A stretch of 64,000 nucleotides of DNA from an uncultured Planctomycetaceae bacterium (GTDB lineage: Bacteria > Planctomycetota > Planctomycetia > Planctomycetales > Planctomycetaceae), in contig CAWFGE010000006.1 in NCBI GenBank assembly GCA_963815195.1, positions 64,001-128,000 on the forward strand. The letters are read 5' to 3'. How positions within the stretch are numbered: position 1 is the stretch's first letter; each line of letters begins with the position of its first letter. The translations under genes and the position numbers were made by a program. Below the pieces are notes generated by a model. The model was given only the letters and a program-made list of their open reading frames with translations, searched no databases and was not told the DNA's origin. This document shows positions 29,520 to 40,114 of this stretch, one piece after another.

Positions 29520-30536
29520 TCACGCCAGGCCGCGGCGTTTGAGCTCGGCGACGACGTTTTGAACGATGGCGCTGACGTCCGCCGGCTCGAGCGTTTCGTC
29601 TTGCGGCACCGGGCAGCCGCCGACGGGTTGATCCGTAAAGCCATGCTCGGAGAGCAAACACTGCAACGTCCGGCTGAGCGCGGCGAGGTCGGTCTGCTGC
29701 TCGGCCGAGAGTGGTTGCCGGCCGCGGCCCATGCGGAAGCCGCGCAGCTCCACCGCCGCCCGGAAGCCTTCGGGAAACTCGGCGGAGTAGATCATCGTGT
29801 CGAACAGGTTCACGAGGTCGTATTGGATTTTGCGGGCCTCGTCGAGCCGGATCGATTTGGTGCAGTCGTAAAGTTTTCGCGTGAGTTCGGGAACGACTCC
29901 GGAGCTGGCGTTTGTGCCCCCGTCGCAGCCGATGAGCATCATCGGCATCAGGGCCGCGTCCCAGCCGGTGAGGAACGAGAAGTCCGGCCGGTGCGGGCGG
30001 ACGGCCCGGATCATGCGGATCATGTGCGGCAAATCGCCGGAGGAATCCTTGATGGCCACGATCCGCGGGCATTCCTCGGCGAGCCTTTGCACCGTGGGCA
30101 CATCGATGGGGCTCGCGAACATGGGGATGTTGTAGAGCGTGACGTCCACGGGCGTGTGGTCGCCGATCTCCTTGAAGTAGGCGTACACCGAAGCCGGGCT
30201 GAGTTTGTAATAAAACGGAGCCACGATCGCGACGGCCCGCACGCCGATCTCGGCGTAATACTCGCAGGCCGCGAGAGTCTCCTTGACGTTCGCTTCCGCG
30301 GCCCCGGCGAGGATCGGGACTCGGCCGGCGGTCTGGTCGGCGATGATCGCCACGATCCGCCGGCGTTCTTCCGGCGTGAACCGCGTGAACTCGCCGGTGG
30401 ACCCGTTGGGATAAAGCCCGTGCACGCCGCGCTCGATCAACCAATCCACATACCGCCTCAGTTCGGATTCGTGGATGTTGCCTTGGTTGTCGTAGGGAAC
30501 AAGGTTGGGCGTGAAAATGCCTTCAAGTCGGTTCAT
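29520..30536 (-). CDS. Dihydrodipicolinate synthase/N-acetylneuraminate lyase family protein
   Basis: NGSTGEF, LYNIP, IKDSSGD. Confidence 0.9.
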   Translation of the reverse strand: MNRLEGIFTPNLVPYDNQGNIHESELRRYVDWLIERGVHGLYPNGSTGEFTRFTPEERRRIVAIIADQTAGRVPILAGAAEANVKETLAACEYYAEIGVRAVAIVAPFYYKLSPASVYAYFKEIGDHTPVDVTLYNIPMFASPIDVPTVQRLAEECPRIVAIKDSSGDLPHMIRMIRAVRPHRPDFSFLTGWDAALMPMMLIGCDGGTNASSGVVPELTRKLYDCTKSIRLDEARKIQYDLVNLFDTMIYSAEFPEGFRAAVELRGFRMGRGRQPLSAEQQTDLAALSRTLQCLLSEHGFTDQPVGGCPVPQDETLEPADVSAIVQNVVAELKRRGLA

Positions 30537-30822
30537 AGCGGTTCTGGGGATCGTGAGGGGTGGTCTGATTTCGTCCGCGGCTCTTGGAAGCGCTACCATC
30601 GCGGTGCGATGGGCGACTTTCCCGTGTGTTTTCAGCATACCATCCCCGCGGGATTTCGCACCTCACCCGGCTTCGCAAATCGGCAATCTTTGCGAGATGG
30701 AAACGAATACTCCCACCGAAACACGACACCAGTCCTGGGATCCCGATGATCGGCACAGCCGTTCTGATTGCTTTCCAACGCAACTTCCCCCGGAAGCGAT
30801 TCAGAACTCAAAGCGAATCGAT

Positions 30823-31074
30823 TCAGAACGGGTCGTTCTTTCCTGACAGCAATTCGATTTGGACGCGGCCGGCTTCGGACTTGCGGAGGGAAATCCGATA
30901 GCCGCGGACCGAGTATTCGATGGGATCACCCAACGGGGCAAAGCCCAGGAGTTCGATTTCCTCGCCATCGGTCAGCCCCATCTCCATCAGGCGGATGGCG
31001 ATGCCGTCGTCGCCGAGGACGTCCAAAATCCGCGCGCGTTGTCCCACAGCGGTCAGCGAATCGAGCGTGGCCAT
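30823..31074 (-). CDS. feoA: Ferrous iron transport protein A
   Basis: RLMEMGL..G..APLGDP..VRGYRISLRKSEA. Confidence 0.9.
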   Translation of the reverse strand: MATLDSLTAVGQRARILDVLGDDGIAIRLMEMGLTDGEEIELLGFAPLGDPIEYSVRGYRISLRKSEAGRVQIELLSGKNDPF

Positions 31075-31088
31075 GTTTCCGTTCTTCC

Positions 31089-31331
31089 TTAAGGCGTGTG
31101 AGTGTCCGCAACCTCCACCAGCACCGAAGCAGAGCCTTCGATGCGCAGCGACATGCGGTGGTTGTTGACCGCGACGAGGCACGGCGTTCCGGGACGGATC
31201 ATGCGGATCGCGGCCCCTTCGCGAATCCCCATCTCGGCCAGGCGATGCGTGAGGCTCTCGCTGCCTTCCACGGAATGGATCGCACCCTCTTCGCCTGCCT
31301 GCAAAAGCTCCAACGGAATCACCTGGGACAA
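31089..31331 (-). CDS. feoA: FeoA family protein
   Basis: TTG start with aaggag; PLELLQAGEEG..HRLAEMGIREG..RMSL. Confidence 0.85.
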   Translation of the reverse strand: MSQVIPLELLQAGEEGAIHSVEGSESLTHRLAEMGIREGAAIRMIRPGTPCLVAVNNHRMSLRIEGSASVLVEVADTHTP

Positions 31332-31483
31332 CGCCTCGCTCCTTGGGGAAATCGTCGCCGATGTCTGCAAACGGCTGACTTTTTTGCAAGCCCCGGGTTT
31401 CTGGTCATCCTCTTCACCCGAAGGGCTTCCCGCCGATGTGTGAGAACCGGCCGGCTGACATCGGCCGCTCCTCGCCTTGTTTC

Positions 31484-32911
31484 CTACTTCGCGGCGGTTT
31501 TGTCTTGGGTTAAGGGGACCGGGGTGAAGGTTTTGACGAGTTTTCCCGACTCGGCATCGTACAACCGCACTTGGCCGTCGAAGCCGCCGACGGCGACCTG
31601 TTTGCCGTCGGGCCGATAGGCGACGGCGAAGATCGGGCCTTCGATTTCGGGAAGTTCGTGCAGGAGCTTGCCCGTGTCGGTCTCGTAAATCCGGGCCGAC
31701 CCGCCGGTGGCGGTGCTGGCTCCAACGACGAAGCGGCTGCCGTCTTTGTTGAATTCGAGATCGAAGATCCGGCCGGGCAGTCTTTCGTAGCTGCGGATGC
31801 GGTTGAAGTCGTCGCCGATCTTGCGGGCCTGCGTGCGGAAGATTTTATAGAGCTTGGGTTCCCCGTCCGCGCCGCCGGTGAGGACTTCTTCCTTCGCGGG
31901 ATGCCGCTCGACATCGACCAGCCCGCCCTTGAGCTCCCCCGGCGTGATGCTCGTGATGTTGTCCACGAACTGGGCGTTCTCCACGATGACGAGCTTCATC
32001 GACATATCCCGGCTCACCGTAATCAGGTGATCGTTCTTCAAGGAAAACGTCGTCCCGAACACCCAGTCGGCGTGGGCGTCGAACCGCATGATGATTTTGC
32101 CCTCCTTGACATCGATGACGCGAGCCCGGTTATCCGCTCCGCCAAATGCGAGTCTGTGTGCCCTTGTCGTTGAAGCTCGCCCCGAACAGCGTATCGGGTG
32201 CCACCGTCATCGAGAGGGCCAGCTTGCGATCGGCCACGTTCCAAATCTGGGCCTCCCCGAACAAAGCCGGCGTGCCGCCGACGGCCGCCAGTTGCGACCC
32301 GTCCGGCGAGAAGCACAAGGATTCGATCCGCTGCGACCGCCCCACCAGCCGAGCCAGGCGTTCGCTGCCGTCGGCTTTGTGCAGCAGGATTTCCTGAAAG
32401 CCCGACACCGCGATTAGCCCGCTGTCCGGCGAATAGGCGAGGGCCGTGATCACCGGCGGCCTGACGTACCGCGGCGGGTTCTCGGCGGAGATGACTTCTT
32501 CGAGCCTCGCAGGCGTGTCGTCTTCGCGCCTTCCTTGATCCAGCGGGCGATGAGATCGACCTGCTTCTTGTCCAAAGGCTCGGCGTTCAACGGCATCTCG
32601 GGCTTGTCGCCGGAGATGTAATCCAGGATCAGGCTTTCGTCGGGCTTGCCGGGCGTGAAGGCTTCGCCGTTCTCGCCGCCTTTCTGGAAATCGGCAAAAG
32701 ACGTGAGCAGCAATTGCCCACCTTTTTTCGCCGGCTGATGGCAGCCCGAGCAATGCCTCTGCAAAATCGGCCGCACTTGCCGGTAAAAGCTGACTTGCTG
32801 CTGCTCTTGATCCGCGAGTTGCTCTTGAGCCGCGAGCGGACCGCACAGCAAGGCCCAAGCGACGAAAGCCGCGAGTTGGAAAACAGAGGTTTGCGTCAGA
32901 CAACTTTTCAC
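31484..32911 (-). CDS. Planctomycete cytochrome c + WD40 repeat protein; two frameshifts (~32510, ~32155)
   Basis: VSFYRQVRPILQRHCSGCH heme domain, then WD40 repeats distributed over three consecutive ORFs (32450-32968, 32130-32903, 31484-32089). Confidence 0.8.
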
Positions 32912-33019
32912 GATGTCACCTTTGGATCGACCTTTGGATGGATCGCTTTTGGTTCTTCGAAACATCATGGGGCATACGCCCCACGCTCGCCTTTGTCCAT
33001 GATACCGCGACCGGAGGGA

Positions 33020-33778
33020 TTAGCGTACCGGGCCCCAGATTTTTTCCAAGAGGGCGTACATTTCGGGATCGTGCTCTTTCAGCTCGGCCCGCACGAACGG
33101 GTAGAAATCGTTGACGCCGAAATACGCCTCGGTGGATTCCGCGAAATATTCCTTGTGGTTGGTGAGGCCGTAGTGCCGAACTTTCTTGCCCGTGTATAAG
33201 AGCACCTTTTCGTAGAGGCCTTTTTCCTCGGCGTTCTTGAAGACCTGAATCACATCGGGATTGTCGAAGCTCAGGATTTGATCGTGGTAGCCGTGGGCCA
33301 ATTCGTGCAACACAACGTAAGGATGCTTCGCCCACATCCGGCGGTTGTAGAGTTCCCGGGCCTGCGGAATGTGCACGTGCCCCACCAGTCGGGGATCGTG
33401 CTTGTGGGCCAACAGCCAGCCTCGGTTGGGATGATACTGCATCCCCCGGATGTTCGGGTTGTCGAGTTCCAGCCAGATGCGGATCTTTTTGAGATCGGCG
33501 AGCCGATCTTTGGGGACGATAAACTCCACCCGCTGCAAATGGTTCGCGAGGGCTTTGAAAGCCAGTTCCCGGACCTCGGCGTTTTCTTCTTGAAGCAACT
33601 GCGGATCGACGTCGATCGTCCAGCCTTCGACCGTTTGCTCGATGGGATCATAAAACGCCGGGGCGTCGGTATGACCTGCCTTGGCGGCAACGGCCGGCTG
33701 GGGTTCCGCCCGCACGGGTTGAGCGAAGCCCAAAATCAAAAGCAGGATCAAAGCCGAGGGCCGACGATTGCGAGACAT
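33020..33778 (-). CDS. Secreted zinc metallopeptidase (HExxH)
   Basis: Signal peptide; VLHELAHGYH; NHKEYFAESTEAYF. Confidence 0.8.
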   Translation of the reverse strand: MSRNRRPSALILLLILGFAQPVRAEPQPAVAAKAGHTDAPAFYDPIEQTVEGWTIDVDPQLLQEENAEVRELAFKALANHLQRVEFIVPKDRLADLKKIRIWLELDNPNIRGMQYHPNRGWLLAHKHDPRLVGHVHIPQARELYNRRMWAKHPYVVLHELAHGYHDQILSFDNPDVIQVFKNAEEKGLYEKVLLYTGKKVRHYGLTNHKEYFAESTEAYFGVNDFYPFVRAELKEHDPEMYALLEKIWGPVR

Positions 33779-33987
33779 GCCAAACTCCACCGAGAATTGT
33801 GCTGACCGGTTTGATTTCTGTAATTCATGATTCTGTGAATGGATTCCTTTTCCCCAGACTCATTGAAACCCCGCCCCTGCGTGCTGTCAACCGGCGGGCC
33901 GATCCTCATCAGTGCCCCGACGAAAAAAAGCACGAGCCGGTGATCGGCTCGTGCTTCGGTTTGGAGTTTGAGTAACCAATCCAGCGT

Positions 33988-35400
33988 TTAGGGTGCCTTG
34001 CGCACGGCGGGATCGGTGTTCGGGGCGCGTTCCTTTTCGGGAACCGGGGTCGGTTTGTTCGAGTCTTGGAACGTCGGCGTGGGTTCTTGAACCGGATTCG
34101 GAGCCGGGTTGGGATTCGGAGCCGGGTTGGGATTCGGAGCCGGGTTGGGATTCGTTTCAAGGCCGCAATCGCCGGTGGAACAGTCCGTGCACGTCGGAGC
34201 CCCGCAAGGCGTGGGGCAGACCGTCACCGGGACCATCTGGCAAACTTCATAAGCGACCTGCCGGGGCACGCATTTGGCGACCATGCGGGTGCAGGTCACC
34301 GGGACTTGCTTCGCCACGCAATGCGGAATTCGCTCGGTCACGGTATAAGGTACGCGTTTTGTCACGCACACGGGAACTTTCCGGCAGCAGGTTTCTTCCA
34401 CCCAGCGGCACGTTTGCACCGGGACTTTGCGGGTGCGGGTCTCGCAGACCATCCGGCAGGTGCGGATCGGGATCTTCTGGCAATGCGTTTCCCGGACCCA
34501 GCGGCACGTGCGGACGGGCACCTTTTGCACGATCTCTTCGGAAACCATTCGGCAGGTGCGATACGGGATTTTTTGAACGATTGTCTCCGGCACATAGCGG
34601 CAGACTTGCACCGGGCATTGCTTGCGGACGACTTGCGGGCAGCACGTCGTGCAGGGAATCTGCCGGCAGACGACGTTCGGCTGCCAAACCCGCTTGCAGC
34701 ACGTGATGCCCGGACAGCGGACCATGCAAATCCGCGGTCCCGTGCAGGGGTCGCAGACCAGCCGCGGTAGCACCGGGCCGGGGATGCAGACTTTTTGCGT
34801 CGTCCAGCAGCCGCGGTCTTCGGTCACGGTGCGGTAGGTGGTGACGGGCCGCATCACGGTGTAGCAGCGTTCTTGCATCACGGTTTCGGTGACGGGCCGC
34901 ATCACGGTCTTCCGGCATTCGCGTTCGCAGGTCTCCCACACCGGCCGCATCACGGTCCGCCGGCATTCGCGTTCGCAGGTCTCCCACACGGGCCGGCAAG
35001 TGGTGTAGTTGCATTCCTTGTAACATGTTTCCCACACCGGCTTTTGGACTTGATAGGCCTCTTCCCGGCAACTCGTTTCGACAACCGGCTTGCGGACGGT
35101 GTATTGCTCGTCCCGGAACGCGGTTTCGGTCACGTTGCGATAGCACGTTTGCTGCCGATCTTCGTACACAGTCTCGTACACTGTTTTATTGACGGTGTAC
35201 TGCTCCGGCTGATAGCAGGTTTCGTAAACCGTGCGGTAGCAAGTCGTTCGCTCGACCCGGCACGCGGTGTAGCACGCGGTTGGCTGACACGCCGTCGTCG
35301 GGCAGCATTGGTAGCTTGCCGCCCCGCAATAGCCGGCCTCCGCACGGGCACCGGCCAAGGCCAGCACGGCGAGAACGGCTCCGCCCAAGATGTTTCTCAT
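33988..35400 (-). CDS. Secreted Cys/Val/Thr/Arg-rich repetitive protein (planctomycete type)
   Basis: RBS ggagg, signal peptide MRNILGGAVLAVLALAGARAEA; repeats such as KVPV-TCR-V-E and VMRPVWETCEREC; PNPAPN tail. Confidence 0.8.
   Translation of the reverse strand: MRNILGGAVLAVLALAGARAEAGYCGAASYQCCPTTACQPTACYTACRVERTTCYRTVYETCYQPEQYTVNKTVYETVYEDRQQTCYRNVTETAFRDEQYTVRKPVVETSCREEAYQVQKPVWETCYKECNYTTCRPVWETCERECRRTVMRPVWETCERECRKTVMRPVTETVMQERCYTVMRPVTTYRTVTEDRGCWTTQKVCIPGPVLPRLVCDPCTGPRICMVRCPGITCCKRVWQPNVVCRQIPCTTCCPQVVRKQCPVQVCRYVPETIVQKIPYRTCRMVSEEIVQKVPVRTCRWVRETHCQKIPIRTCRMVCETRTRKVPVQTCRWVEETCCRKVPVCVTKRVPYTVTERIPHCVAKQVPVTCTRMVAKCVPRQVAYEVCQMVPVTVCPTPCGAPTCTDCSTGDCGLETNPNPAPNPNPAPNPNPAPNPVQEPTPTFQDSNKPTPVPEKERAPNTDPAVRKAP
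34094..34154. repeat. 18-bp coding tandem repeat (ggattcggagccgggttg x3.4; encodes PNPAPN)
   Basis: Exact copies at 34094, 34112, 34130. Confidence 0.9.
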
Positions 35401-35830
35401 TGTTGTTCCTCCCAAGATGTCAGTAGGATCGAGACCCGGCCCGGCACTGCATCTTGCAGCGATTAAAATGTTTCCGCCTCGGATTATCCGGAGAGAGTCC
35501 GCAAGTTGCAAAGAATTTCTCATTACAATTCTCCGCAAATCCGGAACTGGGTCCCGTTGGTCAGGTCGCCACTATAGCGTAGGCTATGGAAGGCAGGCGT
35601 TTTGCGAAGGCTTTGCGGATCCGGGGAGATTGGCTGTTGAAAATTCGCCACATCCCGGAACAGTCCGAGAGACACGCAGAGTTTCCCCAGCACGACAAAA
35701 GCGGTCGCGGTTGAAACCATTTGTGGATAAGCTGGAGTACAGATTGTACAGAAAAAACGGGACTGCCGGCGTTTGGTCCATCGCCCAACGCGCGCGGTCC
35801 GGGAAAACTCTTTGAGGAAAGGCGCCTGCT

Positions 35831-37555
35831 GTGATCGGTTTTCGATTGTCGGATGGGAAAGACGGCGTTCCGTTTCCGGGAATCCGCCGGAGTCTGTTGG
35901 TGGTGTTGCTCTCGCTGGCGGGGCTGTTGGGCCGCGGAGCCGGTGCCGTTCAAGGGCAGGAAGCCGAAACCCCCGTGGGAAAGCTGCCGCCGGTGTTGGT
36001 GCTCAACGCGGCGGGAGTGGACCGGATGTTGGGCGATGTGAACTATATGTTCAAAACCATAGGCCGGGCGGATCTGATGGACGTGATCAACGGGTTCTTG
36101 GGGAACGCCGGGAACCTGAAAGGCCTCGACCGCAAGAAATCAATGGGGCTGATGTTGTACTTCAAACCCGGTTTGACGCCGGGCGTCGATCCGGTGAGCT
36201 ACGTTCCCGTGGATAACATCGCCGACCTGTTGAAAACCCTGGAACTCGGCCCCATCAAGACGAAACCCGTGGCGGGCGAAGAGAACCGCTACGAAATCGA
36301 AGGCCCCCGGCGATCGTTCTACGTCCAATTTCAAGGCGGCTATGCGTATGTCGCAAATAACCTCGAAGCCTTCGACCGCGAGTTGCCCGATCCCGGCCCA
36401 CTGACGCAAGGGATGACAACTCGCTACGACCTGGCGGTTTCGATCAACATGGACGGCGTTCCAGAGGGCATGCGGACGATGGTCATGGATCTGCTCCGCG
36501 CCCAAATGTCGGCCCAACTCCAGCAGCGCGACGATGAGCCGGACGCCCCGTACCGCGCTCGCAAGGCCGCGGGCATGAACAACCTGAAAATGATCGAAGC
36601 CCTCCTCAAAGACGGGCAAAGCTTTACGCTCGGTTTGGATGCTTCGCAGGAAACCAAGAGCATCGTCGTCGAACTGGAAATGAAGGCCCGCCCCAAGAGT
36701 GCCTTCGCCAAAGATCTCAAAAACTTCCCCGGCAAGCCCACGCAGTTCGCCAACATCTATTCCGAGCGCATTCCGCTGGCGGCGACGGGATCGTGGACCC
36801 TCCAAAAGGACGACAAAAAGGTTTTCAGCGAACTTGTCCAAGCTCTCGATGCGGGGCTGACCGAGGCGATGACGAAACAGAACCTCGATCCCACGCCGGT
36901 GGCGGGCATCGTCAAGTCGCTCGGGTCCACGGTCAATTCCGGCTCGGTGGACTTCTTCCTGCAGTTCGTCGGCGAGCCGCCCGGAAAGTTTGTGCTCTTA
37001 GGCGGACTGAAAATCGACCTGGCGGGCGATTTCGCGGCGGGTCTCCAGGGCGTCTTGCAGCAACTCTCCAAGCTGCCCGAAATCGCCGAGTTGGAGATGA
37101 ACGCCGAGTCCCACAACGGCATCAGCCTGCATCGCCTGCTGGCCAAAGGCGACGGCCGGCCTCCCGAACAACGGCTCTACGGCGGCATGCCCGCGCTTTA
37201 CATCGGCGCGGGACGCGGCGCGGTGTGGTTTGCGTTGGGACGCGAAGGAGCCGCCGAGAAGCTCAAAGAAGCCATCACCCAGGTAGAAACCATCCCCGAC
37301 CAGCCGATCCCTCCCGACAAAATCGCCCCGTTCCAAATGGTGCTCAACCTTTCGAGTTGGGTGGGATTGAATCCGGACGCGAAAGGCGCTGGCCGTCAAG
37401 CCGCCCGCGATGCGTTCACGCCGGAAAACGACCTGATGCGGATCACCAGCCGGCCCATCGAAAACGGCTTCCGCTTGAAATTCCAACTCGACGAAGGCTT
37501 CATCAAATACCTGGGCATCCGCGCTTCCGAAAGATTAGACCGGAGCCAGCTCTGA
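35831..37555 (+). CDS. Conserved exported hypothetical protein (574 aa)
   Basis: Long ORF with host-like codon usage and signal-like hydrophobic N-terminus. Confidence 0.75.
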   Translation: MIGFRLSDGKDGVPFPGIRRSLLVVLLSLAGLLGRGAGAVQGQEAETPVGKLPPVLVLNAAGVDRMLGDVNYMFKTIGRADLMDVINGFLGNAGNLKGLDRKKSMGLMLYFKPGLTPGVDPVSYVPVDNIADLLKTLELGPIKTKPVAGEENRYEIEGPRRSFYVQFQGGYAYVANNLEAFDRELPDPGPLTQGMTTRYDLAVSINMDGVPEGMRTMVMDLLRAQMSAQLQQRDDEPDAPYRARKAAGMNNLKMIEALLKDGQSFTLGLDASQETKSIVVELEMKARPKSAFAKDLKNFPGKPTQFANIYSERIPLAATGSWTLQKDDKKVFSELVQALDAGLTEAMTKQNLDPTPVAGIVKSLGSTVNSGSVDFFLQFVGEPPGKFVLLGGLKIDLAGDFAAGLQGVLQQLSKLPEIAELEMNAESHNGISLHRLLAKGDGRPPEQRLYGGMPALYIGAGRGAVWFALGREGAAEKLKEAITQVETIPDQPIPPDKIAPFQMVLNLSSWVGLNPDAKGAGRQAARDAFTPENDLMRITSRPIENGFRLKFQLDEGFIKYLGIRASERLDRSQL

Positions 37556-37556
37556 T
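37344..37556 (+). repeat. 213-bp direct repeat, copy 1 (3' end of the 35831-37555 gene)
   Basis: Identical to 38347-38559 except tac/tat at 37510/38513. Confidence 0.95.
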
Positions 37557-37740
37557 CATGATCGAAACGATTAAACGGTCGAGTCGGAGAGGTTCGCGGG
37601 GCCGCCCCTTTCCTCGTCAAACCGGCTTTGGTTCGCGGCTTGTCGGGTGGTCGGTCAAAAAATCGATTGGATTCTAGTTCTATGCTGCATTGTGTCTTGG
37701 AAACCCCGTCGAACACCTTTTTTGTTGAAGGATGCCCCAA

Positions 37741-38292
37741 ATGTCGTCGTTCCGAACAACTAGTCTTTTGGGATTGATCGGATTGGGATTGCTTGGATGT
37801 GGGGCGATGTCGGTCGAAAGTGAACCGAGCGATCCAAAAACCGATTATCGGAGTTTTAGGGCGGCTTGCCGCCGAAAATCGGAGCAGTATGGATTCGGGG
37901 TCAAGGGGATCAAGCACGGTGACAAGATTTCTTGGAGCTTGCCGCTTCAGTCCGTCTCCGAGGAGGCGATTCAATTCCAGCCGAAGTACCCCATGCGGGC
38001 AGGCTTCGTGTTAGAATTTCACCCTGCCAAAGATTCGTTGGAAACGTGGAAAGCGTTGAAACCTGGTTCCGAAGTCCCATTTACCGGAGAGATCCATTTC
38101 ACCCGTTTCTTGTATTACCTGGGCCGAAGCGTTCTTCCATCGCAGTTTGAAACGATTCCCGGAGGAAAGGTTCCCGATTCTCCAAGCGGCGGCGGACTCT
38201 CGATGCAAGAGAAACAATATGGTTACCATGTCGATTTGGAAATTGTGATTGAGAATTGCAGACCCGCCACAGGAAAATCAAAAGTCGAGTAG
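37741..38292 (+). CDS. Putative lipoprotein, atypical (more AT-rich) codon usage
   Basis: MSSFRTTSLLGLIGLGLLG-C lipobox; enclosed by the 213-bp repeats. Confidence 0.65.
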   Translation: MSSFRTTSLLGLIGLGLLGCGAMSVESEPSDPKTDYRSFRAACRRKSEQYGFGVKGIKHGDKISWSLPLQSVSEEAIQFQPKYPMRAGFVLEFHPAKDSLETWKALKPGSEVPFTGEIHFTRFLYYLGRSVLPSQFETIPGGKVPDSPSGGGLSMQEKQYGYHVDLEIVIENCRPATGKSKVE

Positions 38293-38346
38293 GTCGTGTC
38301 CGGTGAATCCCTCGTGAAGATCATTCCAAGATCCGATTCGCCGGAA

Positions 38347-38559
38347 TCAACCTTTCGAGTTGGGTGGGATTGAATCCGGACGCGAAAGGCGCTGGCCGTC
38401 AAGCCGCCCGCGATGCGTTCACGCCGGAAAACGACCTGATGCGGATCACCAGCCGGCCCATCGAAAACGGCTTCCGCTTGAAATTCCAACTCGACGAAGG
38501 CTTCATCAAATATCTGGGCATCCGCGCTTCCGAAAGATTAGACCGGAGCCAGCTCTGAT
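38347..38559 (+). repeat. 213-bp direct repeat, copy 2 (orphan gene 3' fragment)
   Basis: Duplicate of 37344-37556 including the stop codon. Confidence 0.95.
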
Positions 38560-38788
38560 TTTGTTCTGCCAAAGGATTTAACGCGAAGCTCGCAAAGAGA
38601 AGACGCAAAGAAGAACGCGATTTGAGCGCTTGCCAAGATATTACCGGCAAGCGCCCGTCTCGTCGGCTAATGCAGCCGGGACGGTTCCACCAAAAGCGCA
38701 CGAACTTTGGAACTCGTGAAATTAACACCTTTGCGCCGCATTGCGTCTTCTCTTCGCGCCTTTGCGTTAAAAAATCTGGGCTACGCAA

Positions 38789-40114
38789 TCAGACCGTCGC
38801 CAACTCCGAGCGGAAGTGGGGCTTGGCGATTGCCAGGTCCGATGCGGCCAGGTCGTGGCGGGAGGCGGGTTTGGCGAACACCATTTGCACGGTGCCGATG
38901 TAGCGTTCCTCGAACGCCGCCTCGCAGTAGCAGAGGTAATACTCCCACATGCGGATGAACGATTCGGGATAGCCCTGCTCGCGGACGGCGTCGAGCTTCT
39001 CAAAAAACCGGTCCCGCCAGCAGCGGAGCGTCTGGGCGTAATGCGGGGCGATGTCCTCGAGATGCAGGACGCGAAGGTCGGTCATGCGGGCGATGGATTC
39101 CATGATCCGCCCCACCGAAGGCAGACAGCCGCCCGGGAAAATGTACCGCTGAATGAAATCCACGCTTCGCAAATAGCCGGCGAACCGCTGGTCGTTCATC
39201 ACGATCGCCTGCAGGCCCATCAAGCCTTCGGGCTTTAAGAGCGAACTGCATTTCTTGAAATACGCGTCGAAGAACCGGTGGCCCACGGCTTCGATCATTT
39301 CGATCGAAATCAACTTGTCATATTGGCCTTTGAGGTCGCGGTAGTCTTCCAGAAGTAAGGTGATTTGATTTTCCAGCCCCGCCTCACGCACGCGCTCGCG
39401 GGCGAAGGTGTGCTGCTCTTGAGAGATGGTCGTCGTGGTCACCCGGCAGCCGAATTTGCGGGCGGCGTGAATCGCGAGCGCCCCCCAGCCCGTGCCGATT
39501 TCCAACAGATGATCGCCGGGCTTTAGGTGCAGCTTCCGGCAGATGCGGTCGATCTTTTCCCGCGAAGCGTCCGTGAGGCTCGATTCCTGCGTGGAAAAAA
39601 TGCCCGAGGAATACGTCATCGTCTCGTCGAGGAACAGCGAAAAGAAATCGTTGCCCAGGTCGTAATGGGCGTGGATGTTCTTGCGGCTGCCGGCTTTGGT
39701 GTTCCGCCGCATGCGGTGCACGAACCAATCCACCACGTTGGCGAGCCGGGAGCCTTTGCCGGCGGCGGGCGTTTGATCCTGCATGTTGCGGATGATGATT
39801 TGAAACAACCGCGTGAGGTGATCGCAGTGCCAATGCCCTTCCATGTAGGATTCGGCCACGCCCAAGGTACCCCGGCGGACGGTCCGGCGGTAAAACGCGG
39901 GGTCGTGGATTTTCACCTGGAGTTCCCAGTCCGCGTCCGCGTCTCCGAGGGCGTGCGTGCCCAGGGCGTCCGTCAGCTGCAGCCGGCCGAACTCTAAATC
40001 CTGAAACTGCTTGAGCACGAGCTTTCGTGCCCAGTGGTCTTTCCAATTCCACTCGGAAACCGTTCGCAGCGAAGGCCGATGTTGGCCGTTGGTCGATGGG
40101 GCGGTGGTATTCAT
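38789..40114 (-). CDS. cfa: Cyclopropane-fatty-acyl-phospholipid synthase family methyltransferase
   Basis: NIHAHYDLGNDFF, LEIGTGWG, SIEMIEAVG, FIQRYIFPGG. Confidence 0.9.
   Translation of the reverse strand: MNTTAPSTNGQHRPSLRTVSEWNWKDHWARKLVLKQFQDLEFGRLQLTDALGTHALGDADADWELQVKIHDPAFYRRTVRRGTLGVAESYMEGHWHCDHLTRLFQIIIRNMQDQTPAAGKGSRLANVVDWFVHRMRRNTKAGSRKNIHAHYDLGNDFFSLFLDETMTYSSGIFSTQESSLTDASREKIDRICRKLHLKPGDHLLEIGTGWGALAIHAARKFGCRVTTTTISQEQHTFARERVREAGLENQITLLLEDYRDLKGQYDKLISIEMIEAVGHRFFDAYFKKCSSLLKPEGLMGLQAIVMNDQRFAGYLRSVDFIQRYIFPGGCLPSVGRIMESIARMTDLRVLHLEDIAPHYAQTLRCWRDRFFEKLDAVREQGYPESFIRMWEYYLCYCEAAFEERYIGTVQMVFAKPASRHDLAASDLAIAKPHFRSELATV

Noticed and set aside
38364..38558. Separate 64-aa gene
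   Set aside because: It is the duplicated 3' fragment of the 35831-37555 gene, without its own evident RBS
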